37,318 bases of DNA, from positions 1 through 37,318 of IMG/VR virus record IMGVR_UViG_3300028584_000261; one strand, 5' to 3'. Origin of the DNA: a virus. The notes beneath the pieces are model-generated. The model did no database searches, was not told the DNA's origin, and saw nothing but the letters and a program-made list of their open reading frames with translations. Below, one piece after another: positions 22,296-29,388 of this stretch. Position 1 is the first letter of the stretch; every line of letters begins with the position of its first letter. The position numbers were made by a program, and so were the translations under genes.

Positions 22296-24449
22296 CTATC
22301 GTGATTTTCGAATCACCTTGAAGCGGCCCGCGCGCGCCTTGGCCTTGGGCGCGTCTTCACGACGAGCACGGGGCGCAGGTTTCGGCGGGATCGGTTCGTC
22401 GGCGGCGATATGACGGATCAGTTCGATCGGGTCGGGGCCGGGGGCTGGGTCAGAGTCAGCCGCCTCGCGCACAGGCAACAAAGCGGGGGCCGCTTCGGGG
22501 CGCACTTGCTGCAGCAGCTCGGCGCGCGTCAGGGCGCCGGTGTTGCGCTTGTGCAGCTTGTCCCGCAGCGCGAGGATGTACTGCATCGCCTCGCAGTCGA
22601 GGTAATGGTTTTCGCCGACCTGGTGGAACGCACCGTCAGACTCGTGCCACTCCTCGCCGACCAGTTGTTTGCAATAGTCGTCGGTGACCTGCTGATGCAG
22701 CAGCCACCAGCCCGGCCGGATGTCAGGCCGACCGAAACGGCTATGGACCCAGCGTTTCGCGAGGGGTGAATCGAAGGCCCACCGGGCGTCGCCGCGCTTG
22801 CGCGTCTTGCCCTGTTTATTGACCTCGACCACTTCCTTTCGGAACGGCTTGTCGAGCTTCTCCCGGCCGCGCAGGGCGATCGCTCGCCCCTTGTGCAGGT
22901 TGATGAACGTATAAACCTGGTCGTCGCGGTAACCGATGTCGATGCCGGTCAGGTTGATGCCGTGCTCGCCGTATTCGTTGTCGATCAGCTCCGAGAGCTG
23001 GTCCCATACGGCGTCCTGATCCGTCTCGCCCCAAAGCTCGCCATGCTCCAGGAGCATCGAGCCGAGGCCGGCGAACCAGGCGCGCACGACGTAGACGAGC
23101 CGGTTTTTCTGGACGTCGATCGTGCAATAGATCCGCAGCGGCTCGAGCAGCAGCTCGCCCGCCTTGTAACCCCAGCACAGCGCGCGCAGTTCTTCCCAGC
23201 TCGGCGCGTCGCCCGCCTCGGCGTAGATCTCGCCGAATCCGGTGTTGTAGACGGCCAGCAGCTTGGCCGGGTCGTTATCGCGCAGGGCGGCCAGGAGCTT
23301 TTTCGCGAGGAAGCCGTAAGACTTTTTCACCGCGAACGAGCACAAGCCGGAAACCCAGTAGGAAAAATGCGTAAAGCCCGCCGTGTCGGCCGTGCCCTCG
23401 ATCTTTCCGCCCTTGGCGATCGACTCGCCGGGCGCCACTGCGACGCCCCGAGCATTCATCCAGGGGCGGAACTTGTCCTCGATCATATCGCCGCAGCACG
23501 GGCAGACGAGCCGCGCATGCTTGAACGCCTCGTCGGGCGTGCATTCGTCCTGCGAGCCCTTGCCAGGCCACCAGAGCAGCCCCGACCAGGGCACGAAGTA
23601 TTCGCTGCAGGTCGGACACGGGACCGCCCACTCGTGGCGGGTGCCAGATTGCCAGAGCTGCCAGACCTTCGAGCCGAGCTTTTTGACGTCGGTCGGCACC
23701 CAATGCCAGAGGCCGGTTCGCTCGTCTTTGCGCCGCTCGGCTTTGCCGTGCGTGGGCGTGGCGGTGTAACCGACTTTCGAGTCCGCGTAGGCGTCGCCCC
23801 GGGCCTCGATGATCTCGGTCGTGTCGCCCTCGCCCGTGTTGACGATTCGATCAACCTCGTCGACCAGGACCAGGCCGGCAGAGTCGGCGGCCAGCTCGGT
23901 CGCGGATCCAGCCCAGGCAAAACGGAATTTCGTGCCGCCGATCCACTTGACGGCTTGCGTGCTGCGGGCCTCGTATTTAATGGCCAGCGACTTGCACTCG
24001 TCGAACATGGCCATGAACTTCGGCTCGACGGTGCCGGTGATAAGCGGCTTCGTCGGGGCGACGTACAGGCACGGCGTCGGATCTTCGTCGAGACGGTGAC
24101 CGATGACGTTTTCCATCGTCACCGACTTGCCCATTTGCGTGCCCATCACGAACGTGACACGCGAGAAGCACGGTTGAGCGAAGGCCCAGGCGACCGGGCG
24201 CATATATGGGTTCGTGTCAGGGTTGAACGGGCCAGGGATCGGCGCCGATGGGGGCATGATTCGCTTATCGCGTGCCCATTCGTCAGCGGTCCGAGGCGGC
24301 GGCGCCTGGACCATCTTCGCCGCTCGCTTGATCGATTTCGTCAAGGTCCGCAGCGAGGTCAGATGCTCGACGTTCGAGACGGTCGGCAGTAGCCGCGCGG
24401 ATACGCCGCGTTTCCTCAAAAACTCGAGCTCGGATAGTGGCAGGGTCAT
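22296..24449 (-). CDS. terL: Terminase large subunit (lambda gpA-like)
   Basis: 717 aa. ADEWA...Y near the N-terminus as in gpA, Walker A-like GTQMGKS, LVLVDEVD Walker B. Third-position G/C bias supports this frame right up to the ATG at 24449. Confidence 0.9.
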   Translation of the reverse strand: MTLPLSELEFLRKRGVSARLLPTVSNVEHLTSLRTLTKSIKRAAKMVQAPPPRTADEWARDKRIMPPSAPIPGPFNPDTNPYMRPVAWAFAQPCFSRVTFVMGTQMGKSVTMENVIGHRLDEDPTPCLYVAPTKPLITGTVEPKFMAMFDECKSLAIKYEARSTQAVKWIGGTKFRFAWAGSATELAADSAGLVLVDEVDRIVNTGEGDTTEIIEARGDAYADSKVGYTATPTHGKAERRKDERTGLWHWVPTDVKKLGSKVWQLWQSGTRHEWAVPCPTCSEYFVPWSGLLWWPGKGSQDECTPDEAFKHARLVCPCCGDMIEDKFRPWMNARGVAVAPGESIAKGGKIEGTADTAGFTHFSYWVSGLCSFAVKKSYGFLAKKLLAALRDNDPAKLLAVYNTGFGEIYAEAGDAPSWEELRALCWGYKAGELLLEPLRIYCTIDVQKNRLVYVVRAWFAGLGSMLLEHGELWGETDQDAVWDQLSELIDNEYGEHGINLTGIDIGYRDDQVYTFINLHKGRAIALRGREKLDKPFRKEVVEVNKQGKTRKRGDARWAFDSPLAKRWVHSRFGRPDIRPGWWLLHQQVTDDYCKQLVGEEWHESDGAFHQVGENHYLDCEAMQYILALRDKLHKRNTGALTRAELLQQVRPEAAPALLPVREAADSDPAPGPDPIELIRHIAADEPIPPKPAPRARREDAPKAKARAGRFKVIRKSR

Positions 24450-24855
24450 CGATCACCGCCAGGTCGGCAGCGCAGCGCGAGGGCAGCGCGTCAAGTTGGG
24501 TCGCGTAGACGGCGGCGACGCTAATCAGAATTTGCGCGACCGCGTCGGCCGGCAGCAGGCGACCGCGTGACGTGTCGATTTCGATCTGCAGCTTTTCGCG
24601 GCGGGCCTTCTTGAGCAGGCGATCCTCGGTCGAGGCCGAATTGAGCCCCTCCTCGTCGTCGCCGTCTTCGCCCATTTCGCGTCGAACCTCGCGGGCGATC
24701 AGCCAATTGATCGCGGCCTCGCTGTCGATCTGGACCTCGACGCCCCGACCGCCACCGCCTGCCGTTGGCATGCCTTCCTCGATCAGTTTGGAGATCCAGC
24801 GCGGCGACTTGCCGATCAGTTCCCCGAACTCCTTTTTGCTGACGATCTTGCCCAT
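24283..24855 (-). CDS. terS: Terminase small subunit (lambda Nu1-like)
   Basis: The N-terminal wHTH KKEFGELIGKSPRWISKLIEEGMPTAGGGGRGVEVQIDSEAAINW parallels Nu1 (KKQLADIFGASIRTIQNWQEQGMPV..GGGKGNEV.YDSAAVIKW). The last 55 codons overlap terL out of frame. Confidence 0.85.
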   Translation of the reverse strand: MGKIVSKKEFGELIGKSPRWISKLIEEGMPTAGGGGRGVEVQIDSEAAINWLIAREVRREMGEDGDDEEGLNSASTEDRLLKKARREKLQIEIDTSRGRLLPADAVAQILISVAAVYATQLDALPSRCAADLAVIDDPATIRARVFEETRRIRAATADRLERRASDLAADLDEIDQASGEDGPGAAASDR

Positions 24856-25130
24856 GGGGAGAAAGGACCAAAGGAGTTAAAGAGCAAAGGAACAAAAGCG
24901 CATAAGTCCTTTTGAGCTTATCCGCTTTTGCGCCTTGGTGGTTTGGGTTGAGGCCCCGCCGCGTCTGGCTGCGGGGTCAGCCGAGCGATGCAGTCGGGCA
25001 GGGCCTCAGAACAGAAGAAAGGACCGGAAAACCGATCCGGAACACGCTCGAATCCCGCGAGTTCCACACCCGTGAGGGGGGAGGGGGCGGGGGAGGACCC
25101 AAAAGGCCCGGCGCGCTCCTTTTTTGTGCA
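24856..25130. other. Candidate cos region (cosB-like repeats plus G-rich tract)
   Basis: 275-bp non-coding gap directly upstream of the Nu1-like gene, as in lambda. GAAAGGACC repeated at 24861-24869 and 25017-25025. Purine tract GAGGGGGGAGGGGGCGGGGGAGGA at 25074-25097. Repeat island B at 24882-24933. Confidence 0.4.
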
Positions 25131-25601
25131 TCAGGCGCCGCCGCAACCGAGCGCGATCGCTTCGGAGCACGGACCGCCAGGACAGGCGCACGCCGAGGCG
25201 TCACCACTGACCGACGCGCACCGCTTCTCGAGCGTGGCGCGGATCTCGCCAAGGGCATCGGCCGCGTTCACGCTGCGCAGTTGATACAGCGTCTGCTTGA
25301 GCATGTAGCCCTCGAGCTCCCACAACTTCTCGCGAGCCATGGCGCGGGCTTGCTTGGTCGCGGCCTCGAGGCCGGCCTCATAGCGGAAGTTCGACGGACT
25401 GGCACAGCTCGAGAAGCCGGTCGCGACATAGATCCCGCCAGGCAATAAAGCCGAGGCCAGGATCACGGTCGTTCCTGGTATGTGATGAATGTCGAAGGTC
25501 AGCGACTCGACCAGGCTGTCGATACGCTGGGGAGTTATGCGGGGGGCAGTGAGACCGAGCGAGGCGATCTTCGTCTCGATCTGCTGTTCGTCTGGTGTCA
25601 T
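25131..25601 (-). CDS. N4 gp49 / Sf6 gp66 family protein with Cys-rich C-terminal tail
   Basis: Core TVILASALLPGGIYVATGFSSCASPSNFRYEAGLEAATKQARAMAREKLWELEGYMLK matches the family signature (..GeS.C.sp.nF....G...A...A..K.WeLeGY). The C-terminus has 6 Cys in 30 aa. Confidence 0.65.
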   Translation of the reverse strand: MTPDEQQIETKIASLGLTAPRITPQRIDSLVESLTFDIHHIPGTTVILASALLPGGIYVATGFSSCASPSNFRYEAGLEAATKQARAMAREKLWELEGYMLKQTLYQLRSVNAADALGEIRATLEKRCASVSGDASACACPGGPCSEAIALGCGGA

Positions 25602-25674
25602 GTGTGTCGCCTTGTGAGCTAGTGAAAGGAGGTGCTACCCCAAGGGTTATAACGGCCGAGCCGGAAAACCCAAC

Positions 25675-25962
25675 TCAGCCGCTACGCATGCGCTGCAGCT
25701 CAGCCATTTCGGCCATTACCGCGCGGGTCGCCGCGCGGCGAGTTCGATAAAGCGGGCAGTGATCGCCGATGTGGTTCACCAGCTCGGGCCGCAGTCGATA
25801 CGGATAGACCTCGCCCTCGGCCGGCCAATGGCCTCGCTTGCTAGTTACAAGGAATTCGAGGACCACCGGGCGGGCCAGCGGCTGCATATGGTCGACATAC
25901 GAAACGAACACGGTATGCCCGGTGCGGATCTCGCCGGGACGGTAGGTCTGGCGGCGGCTCAT
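25675..25962 (-). CDS. Hypothetical protein (95 aa)
   Basis: ORF with GC3 bias, coupled to the Rz stop (ATGA-type overlap). Confidence 0.55.
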   Translation of the reverse strand: MSRRQTYRPGEIRTGHTVFVSYVDHMQPLARPVVLEFLVTSKRGHWPAEGEVYPYRLRPELVNHIGDHCPLYRTRRAATRAVMAEMAELQRMRSG

Positions 25963-26465
25963 TCGCGGCGCTCCTGGCCGGTTCGCACCTGGTAGTCGCG
26001 CAGCAGCTCGAGCAGGCTTTTCAGTTGCTCGGCGTTGCCGTTGCAGGTGGTGTAATTTCCGGCGACGGTTTCGGCGATGGTAGAGAGCGCAACGCCTGCG
26101 GGTCGCGCGTCAGCAGCTCCGGCAGAACCAGAGGGGGGCAGGCCTGCGGCTGCTGCGTCGTGCAACCGGACAAAGCCAGCAGGAACAGTGCAAGCGCGAT
26201 CGGCTTCTGCAGAGACATAAACGGGCACCTCTTTGATGATTGTTCGGCCGGCCTTCTCGATCACCTGGACGCGGTCGACGTATTCCGTCACCACGCGGTC
26301 GCGAACCACGCCGAGCGCCTGGCCTTGCTCGAAGGCCTGGCGCAGTTGCGCGACCTCGAGTTGCTTTGCCTTGTCCTGCTCGTGACCAGCGCCGCCGAGC
26401 CAGCCGAGCGCGTACAGCAGCGCCGCGATCACCGCGACCGCTGCCAGTCCATAAAGTCGATTCAT
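25959..26465 (-). CDS. Rz: i-spanin (Rz-like)
   Basis: N-terminal TM helix LYGLAAVAVIAALLYALGWL, then a coiled coil. Follows the endolysin with an ATGA overlap. Confidence 0.8.
   Translation of the reverse strand: MNRLYGLAAVAVIAALLYALGWLGGAGHEQDKAKQLEVAQLRQAFEQGQALGVVRDRVVTEYVDRVQVIEKAGRTIIKEVPVYVSAEADRACTVPAGFVRLHDAAAAGLPPSGSAGAADARPAGVALSTIAETVAGNYTTCNGNAEQLKSLLELLRDYQVRTGQERRE
26021..26218 (-). CDS. Rz1: o-spanin (Rz1-like lipoprotein) embedded out of frame within Rz
   Basis: Lipobox LLALSGC followed by a Pro-rich mature peptide. Lies entirely inside the Rz ORF in a different frame. Confidence 0.75.
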   Translation of the reverse strand: MSLQKPIALALFLLALSGCTTQQPQACPPLVLPELLTRDPQALRSLPSPKPSPEITPPATATPSN

Positions 26466-27010
26466 AAGCCCACCAGAAAGAGAGAGCGCTGCAGCTCGCG
26501 CCGGGTAACGATGCCGCCGCAGTTGTTCGCGACGAGTCGACAGTCACGGCCAGCGACGAACATCCAGCGGCGGAACTGTTCAGCCGCCGCAACGTAGTTT
26601 CCGGCGAGCGTCAGGCGGTACAGCGTCGAGCGCGCGAAGGCCGTGGCGCCGACGTTGTAAACAAAGTCGGCCATGGCGATCTTTTGCCAGATCGTTGCCG
26701 ACGGCGCGGCGCGCATGACGAAGTCGACGGCGCCGCCGAGGTCGCCCTGCAGGTACGCCGCGCACTGCTCAGGCGTCGCCCTGGCACCAGGCCGGACGCC
26801 CTTCGTGTGCCCGGTGCAAATCGTCCAGACGCCACCGCTGTCGGGATAGGCCTCGAACTCCGTGCCTTCCATTTCCGGCGTGAGGATCATCAGACCGGCG
26901 ATGATGGCGGAACGCTCGACCGGCGCGGACAGGCCCGCCTCGTTCACGGTGAAGCCTGCAGCGGCCAGCGACAGCGTCACGGCCGCGACGATTCGTTTAA
27001 TCAGCGTCAT
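26462..27010 (-). CDS. Endolysin, GH24 lysozyme with N-terminal signal-anchor (SAR-type)
   Basis: Catalytic region EGTEFEAYPDSGGVWTICTGHT (E-D-T triad spacing of SAR lysozymes). Weakly hydrophobic N-terminus IVAAVTLSLAAAGF. Confidence 0.85.
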   Translation of the reverse strand: MTLIKRIVAAVTLSLAAAGFTVNEAGLSAPVERSAIIAGLMILTPEMEGTEFEAYPDSGGVWTICTGHTKGVRPGARATPEQCAAYLQGDLGGAVDFVMRAAPSATIWQKIAMADFVYNVGATAFARSTLYRLTLAGNYVAAAEQFRRWMFVAGRDCRLVANNCGGIVTRRELQRSLFLVGL

Positions 27011-27242
27011 CGCTTTCGCCCTCGCCTGGCTGGCCTCGAGCGCGCAGCATCTTGATCAGCGGCACGACCCAGCGGCGGCCGACCAGGTCGACCAGCAGCG
27101 CGAGGTAATAGAGCACGGGAATCAGCAGCGCCCAGGTCTGCAGGGTCACGCCGTAGATCGCGAAACCGGCTGCGCCGGGTAGCAGTTTGGCGCCCTCAAC
27201 GGCGCCCAGCTCGGCAAGCGGCTGCAGTTTGTTGGCATCCAT
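26997..27242 (-). CDS. Holin (two-TMD, possible pinholin), 81 aa
   Basis: Start set at MDANK, because the longer ORF starts inside a terminator hairpin. Two hydrophobic segments and a charged C-terminus. Overlaps the endolysin start. Confidence 0.65.
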   Translation of the reverse strand: MDANKLQPLAELGAVEGAKLLPGAAGFAIYGVTLQTWALLIPVLYYLALLVDLVGRRWVVPLIKMLRARGQPGEGESDDAD

Positions 27243-27260
27243 CGGGAGGCGTCCGGGAAT

Positions 27261-27286
27261 AAAAAAGCCCCGCACAAGGACGGGGC
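27261..27286 (-). terminator. Terminator immediately upstream of the holin gene (tR'-like, second of two)
   Basis: Minus strand GCCCCG-TCCTTGTG-CGGGGC followed by TTTTTT. Confidence 0.65.
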
Positions 27287-27360
27287 GAAGGGATCCGAAA
27301 GCGAGAGGGCCAGCGGATCAGGGAGAGGTGCGCCGCTCGTGGACGCTTCGACCAGAAACG

Positions 27361-27390
27361 CAAAAGCCCGCACGTGGCGGGCTTTTGGTT
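27361..27390 (-). terminator. Bidirectional terminator downstream of the candidate late promoter (first of two)
   Basis: AAAA-GCCCGC-ACGTG-GCGGGC-TTTT. Confidence 0.65.
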
Positions 27391-27414
27391 TGCATGTGTC
27401 GCATTAGAGCAGTT

Positions 27415-27443
27415 ATTAGAACTTAATCCGGACTTTTGCGCAA
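27415..27443 (-). promoter_or_regulatory. Candidate Q-dependent late promoter
   Basis: Minus strand TTGCGC (27443..27438), 17-nt spacer, TCTAAT (27420..27415). Located in an AT-rich island between the Q-containing early operon and the lysis genes. Two terminators follow. Confidence 0.35.
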
Positions 27444-27505
27444 TACCCCTTTTGCTCTTTTTCGCTAATGCTTAAATGTGCAAATGTTCTTTTGTTCTTT
27501 TATGG
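27433..27505. repeat. Repeat island C (CTTTTGNNC family)
   Basis: CTTTTGCGC 27433-27441, CTTTTGCTC 27449-27457, CTTTTTCGC 27457-27465, GTTCTTTTGTTC 27486-27497 (identical to the 12-mer at 368-379), CTTTTATGG 27497-27505. Confidence 0.6.
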
Positions 27506-27692
27506 TCTCATAATCCAGCTCGAGCAGCGTGGCGTCGCCCCTGCGAACGATGTTCGTGTAACCAGCAGCCTCGCGCGAAAGATAGAAGTTCGGGCCGTCC
27601 GGCCCGCGATAGTCGACCAGGTAGCCGACGTGCTCGCGGTACCACATTAGCGGGTCAGTGCAGCGGTCGATTCGCAGAACCTGGCGCGTCAT
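27465..27692 (-). CDS. Hypothetical protein (75 aa)
   Basis: Start set at MTRQV (ATGA overlap with the Lar-like stop). The C-terminal codons run into AT-rich repeat island C. Confidence 0.45.
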   Translation of the reverse strand: MTRQVLRIDRCTDPLMWYREHVGYLVDYRGPDGPNFYLSREAAGYTNIVRRGDATLLELDYETIKEQKNICTFKH

Positions 27693-28006
27693 CGCAGCGC
27701 CCTCACCCATCCAGCACGGGCGCCCTCGATCGAGCGATAGCCCGCATCGGAGAAGCCGCACGAGCAATACGCGCCCCACAGGCCGTCGCGCTGACGGAAA
27801 CGCGGCAACGGGGCCGCCTTGCAGCCGTGCCGAGGCATATCCGAGTCATTGATCAGGTTCCAGGAAGCCAGCGCGCGCGACTCTGACGTCGTCAGCTCGC
27901 CGCGATGCTTGCATCCAGCGCAGGCATAGACCCTCACATCACTGCTCGGGTCGAGGCGGCGCGCAGGAATGGCGCCGCATTGCGAGCAGGCAAGGGCGGC
28001 CATCAC
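27689..28006 (-). CDS. Lar-family-like zinc-ribbon protein (possible restriction alleviation), 105 aa
   Basis: CSQCG...YACAGC...ALASWN matches the Lar signature CxxCG...CxxC...A..WN. A degenerate second copy follows (YCSCG...ARAGW). Confidence 0.4.
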   Translation of the reverse strand: MMAALACSQCGAIPARRLDPSSDVRVYACAGCKHRGELTTSESRALASWNLINDSDMPRHGCKAAPLPRFRQRDGLWGAYCSCGFSDAGYRSIEGARAGWVRALR

Positions 28007-28854
28007 AGCCCCCTATCGAGCAAAACGAAGCCATAGCCGCGCATGGCCTTGCAAAGTGCCGTCAGCGCATCGCGATCGAGCTCTAGCAGAGTCTCGCGTA
28101 GCGCCTGCCAGCGGCCGGCCCAATGCTTGTCCCAATTTGCCACGCTGACACCGAGCAACTGCTGCAGGCGGGACGGCTGATGCAGCACCTTGCCGCAGTT
28201 CGCGGCCCGCTTCACGTCTTGAACGGCCAGGTGCGCCAGGCTGCGGACCTTCTGCAGCGTCTTCGCCTGGATCTTGCCGAGCGTTGGCTCGTGGCGCGCC
28301 CACAGGGCCGCAACAGCGCCCGCCTCGTCGTCCCACAGCTTCGAGTCGGCGTAGGCGTAGCGAATCCAGTGCTGCAGCTCAGGCGGCAGGCCGGCAACGG
28401 CGCGGACGACGTGAGCGTCCTGAAAGGCGAGCGGACCGAGGGGAATCGAGGCCTTCTTTTTCGGGCGGGTCTCGCTGGCGATCACGCGGGTGGTTCCTTT
28501 CGCCAGGCTGGCGACGTATGCGGCGGGGAGGCGCCCGACGTGATCACCATCCTCGGCAGGGCACTCGCGCAGCGCCTCGAGGTGCGCCGGGAAGGCCTCG
28601 CGGGTGTTTTCGGTCGTGTACTGGCCGACGAACTTGCCGTCGTGCTCGCGGAAGTGCTGCGCGCCCAGGAAGGCGCCGAGGACGAGATCACGCATGACGG
28701 CGCGGTCGTGCTCGAACACCTCGGGCAAGGGGCGTGGCTTGATCTTGGCCGACGGCTTGGCCGGGCTTTCGGTGCGGTCCAGGACATAGAGCGCACCGGA
28801 AACAGGGCAGGCAGACGAAGCAACGGGACGGCTAGACAGACTCAGCGTCTCCAT
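28003..28854 (-). CDS. Putative late antiterminator (phage 82 Q-like C-terminal domain), 283 aa
   Basis: The C-terminal region HWIRYAYAD ... LLGVSVANWDKHWAGRW parallels 82-type Q (..L.VEYL ... LLGISVSQFK.YV...W). It is the last large gene of the early operon, just upstream of the late promoter/terminators. Confidence 0.45.
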   Translation of the reverse strand: METLSLSSRPVASSACPVSGALYVLDRTESPAKPSAKIKPRPLPEVFEHDRAVMRDLVLGAFLGAQHFREHDGKFVGQYTTENTREAFPAHLEALRECPAEDGDHVGRLPAAYVASLAKGTTRVIASETRPKKKASIPLGPLAFQDAHVVRAVAGLPPELQHWIRYAYADSKLWDDEAGAVAALWARHEPTLGKIQAKTLQKVRSLAHLAVQDVKRAANCGKVLHQPSRLQQLLGVSVANWDKHWAGRWQALRETLLELDRDALTALCKAMRGYGFVLLDRGL

Positions 28855-29081
28855 TGGCTCGACTCCCTTTCGGTGAAGGCCTTGCAGGGCGCGCAGTGCT
28901 CTGTTCCTGGCATGGCGAGCATGCGGTCGAGACTCAGAGGCTTACCGCAGCCACTGCAGTGCGTGGCCGGCGCAAGCACGACCAGGTCGGCGGGAGTGGC
29001 CAGGCGAGAGGCACGCGCGTCCATGAACGCGGCGCCGATATCGAGCTGCAGGTCGGTCATAAAGTCGCAGGCGTCAGGCAT
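28842..29081 (-). CDS. TraR/DksA-family C4 zinc-finger protein
   Basis: CSGCGKPLSLDRMLAMPGTEHCAPC (CxxC-N17-CxxC) near the C-terminus. 79 aa. Confidence 0.7.
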   Translation of the reverse strand: MPDACDFMTDLQLDIGAAFMDARASRLATPADLVVLAPATHCSGCGKPLSLDRMLAMPGTEHCAPCKAFTERESSQWRR

Positions 29082-29388
29082 GGAAAAGCCCCAGCGGCGC
29101 GGATCCGACCGAGCCGTGCAGGAGGTCGCGCTCGATCAGGCCGGCGAACTCCTCGCAGACCTTCTCGAACAACGTCTGCCACCAGGCCTCGGCGCCTTCC
29201 TCAGTCATCGCGTCAAAGAACGCGGCGGCTTCGTCCGCCGATTCGAAGTGCTTCACCGCCGAGCCTCGAGCGCCGAAAACTTCGCCCTCGATCCGGACTC
29301 GGTTCACGCCCGACAGGCGCTCGTTTGTGATGCGGAATTTCACGTCGCCGGTCGGCTTGAAGAACTTCGATTGCACGCGCCAGCTCAT
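29074..29388 (-). CDS. Hypothetical protein (104 aa)
   Basis: Coupled ORF in the early operon with GC3 bias. Confidence 0.55.
   Translation of the reverse strand: MSWRVQSKFFKPTGDVKFRITNERLSGVNRVRIEGEVFGARGSAVKHFESADEAAAFFDAMTEEGAEAWWQTLFEKVCEEFAGLIERDLLHGSVGSAPLGLFHA

Noticed and set aside
25074-25097. G-rich tract as a canonical G-quadruplex or as a simple-sequence/CRISPR-like repeat
   Set aside because: It has only three long G-runs plus a GG, so a standard four-run G4 is not assured. It is a single copy with no spacer-repeat periodicity. It is kept only as a cos candidate.
24912-25448. Plus-strand ORFs (24912-25448, 24988-25284) and minus-strand ORF 24977-25258 across the cos gap
   Set aside because: They have TTG/alternative starts without an RBS, and they overlap the well-supported gp49-family gene in antisense or out of frame. 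Their low-complexity Arg/Pro/Gly content derives from the G-rich tract.
26580-26835. Small minus-strand ORFs inside the endolysin gene (26580-26765, 26611-26835) and Arg-rich ORF 26110-26592 inside Rz
   Set aside because: They are out-of-frame, Arg/Pro-rich, high-GC artefacts. Only the lipobox-bearing Rz1 ORF (26021-26218) has the features of a genuine embedded gene.
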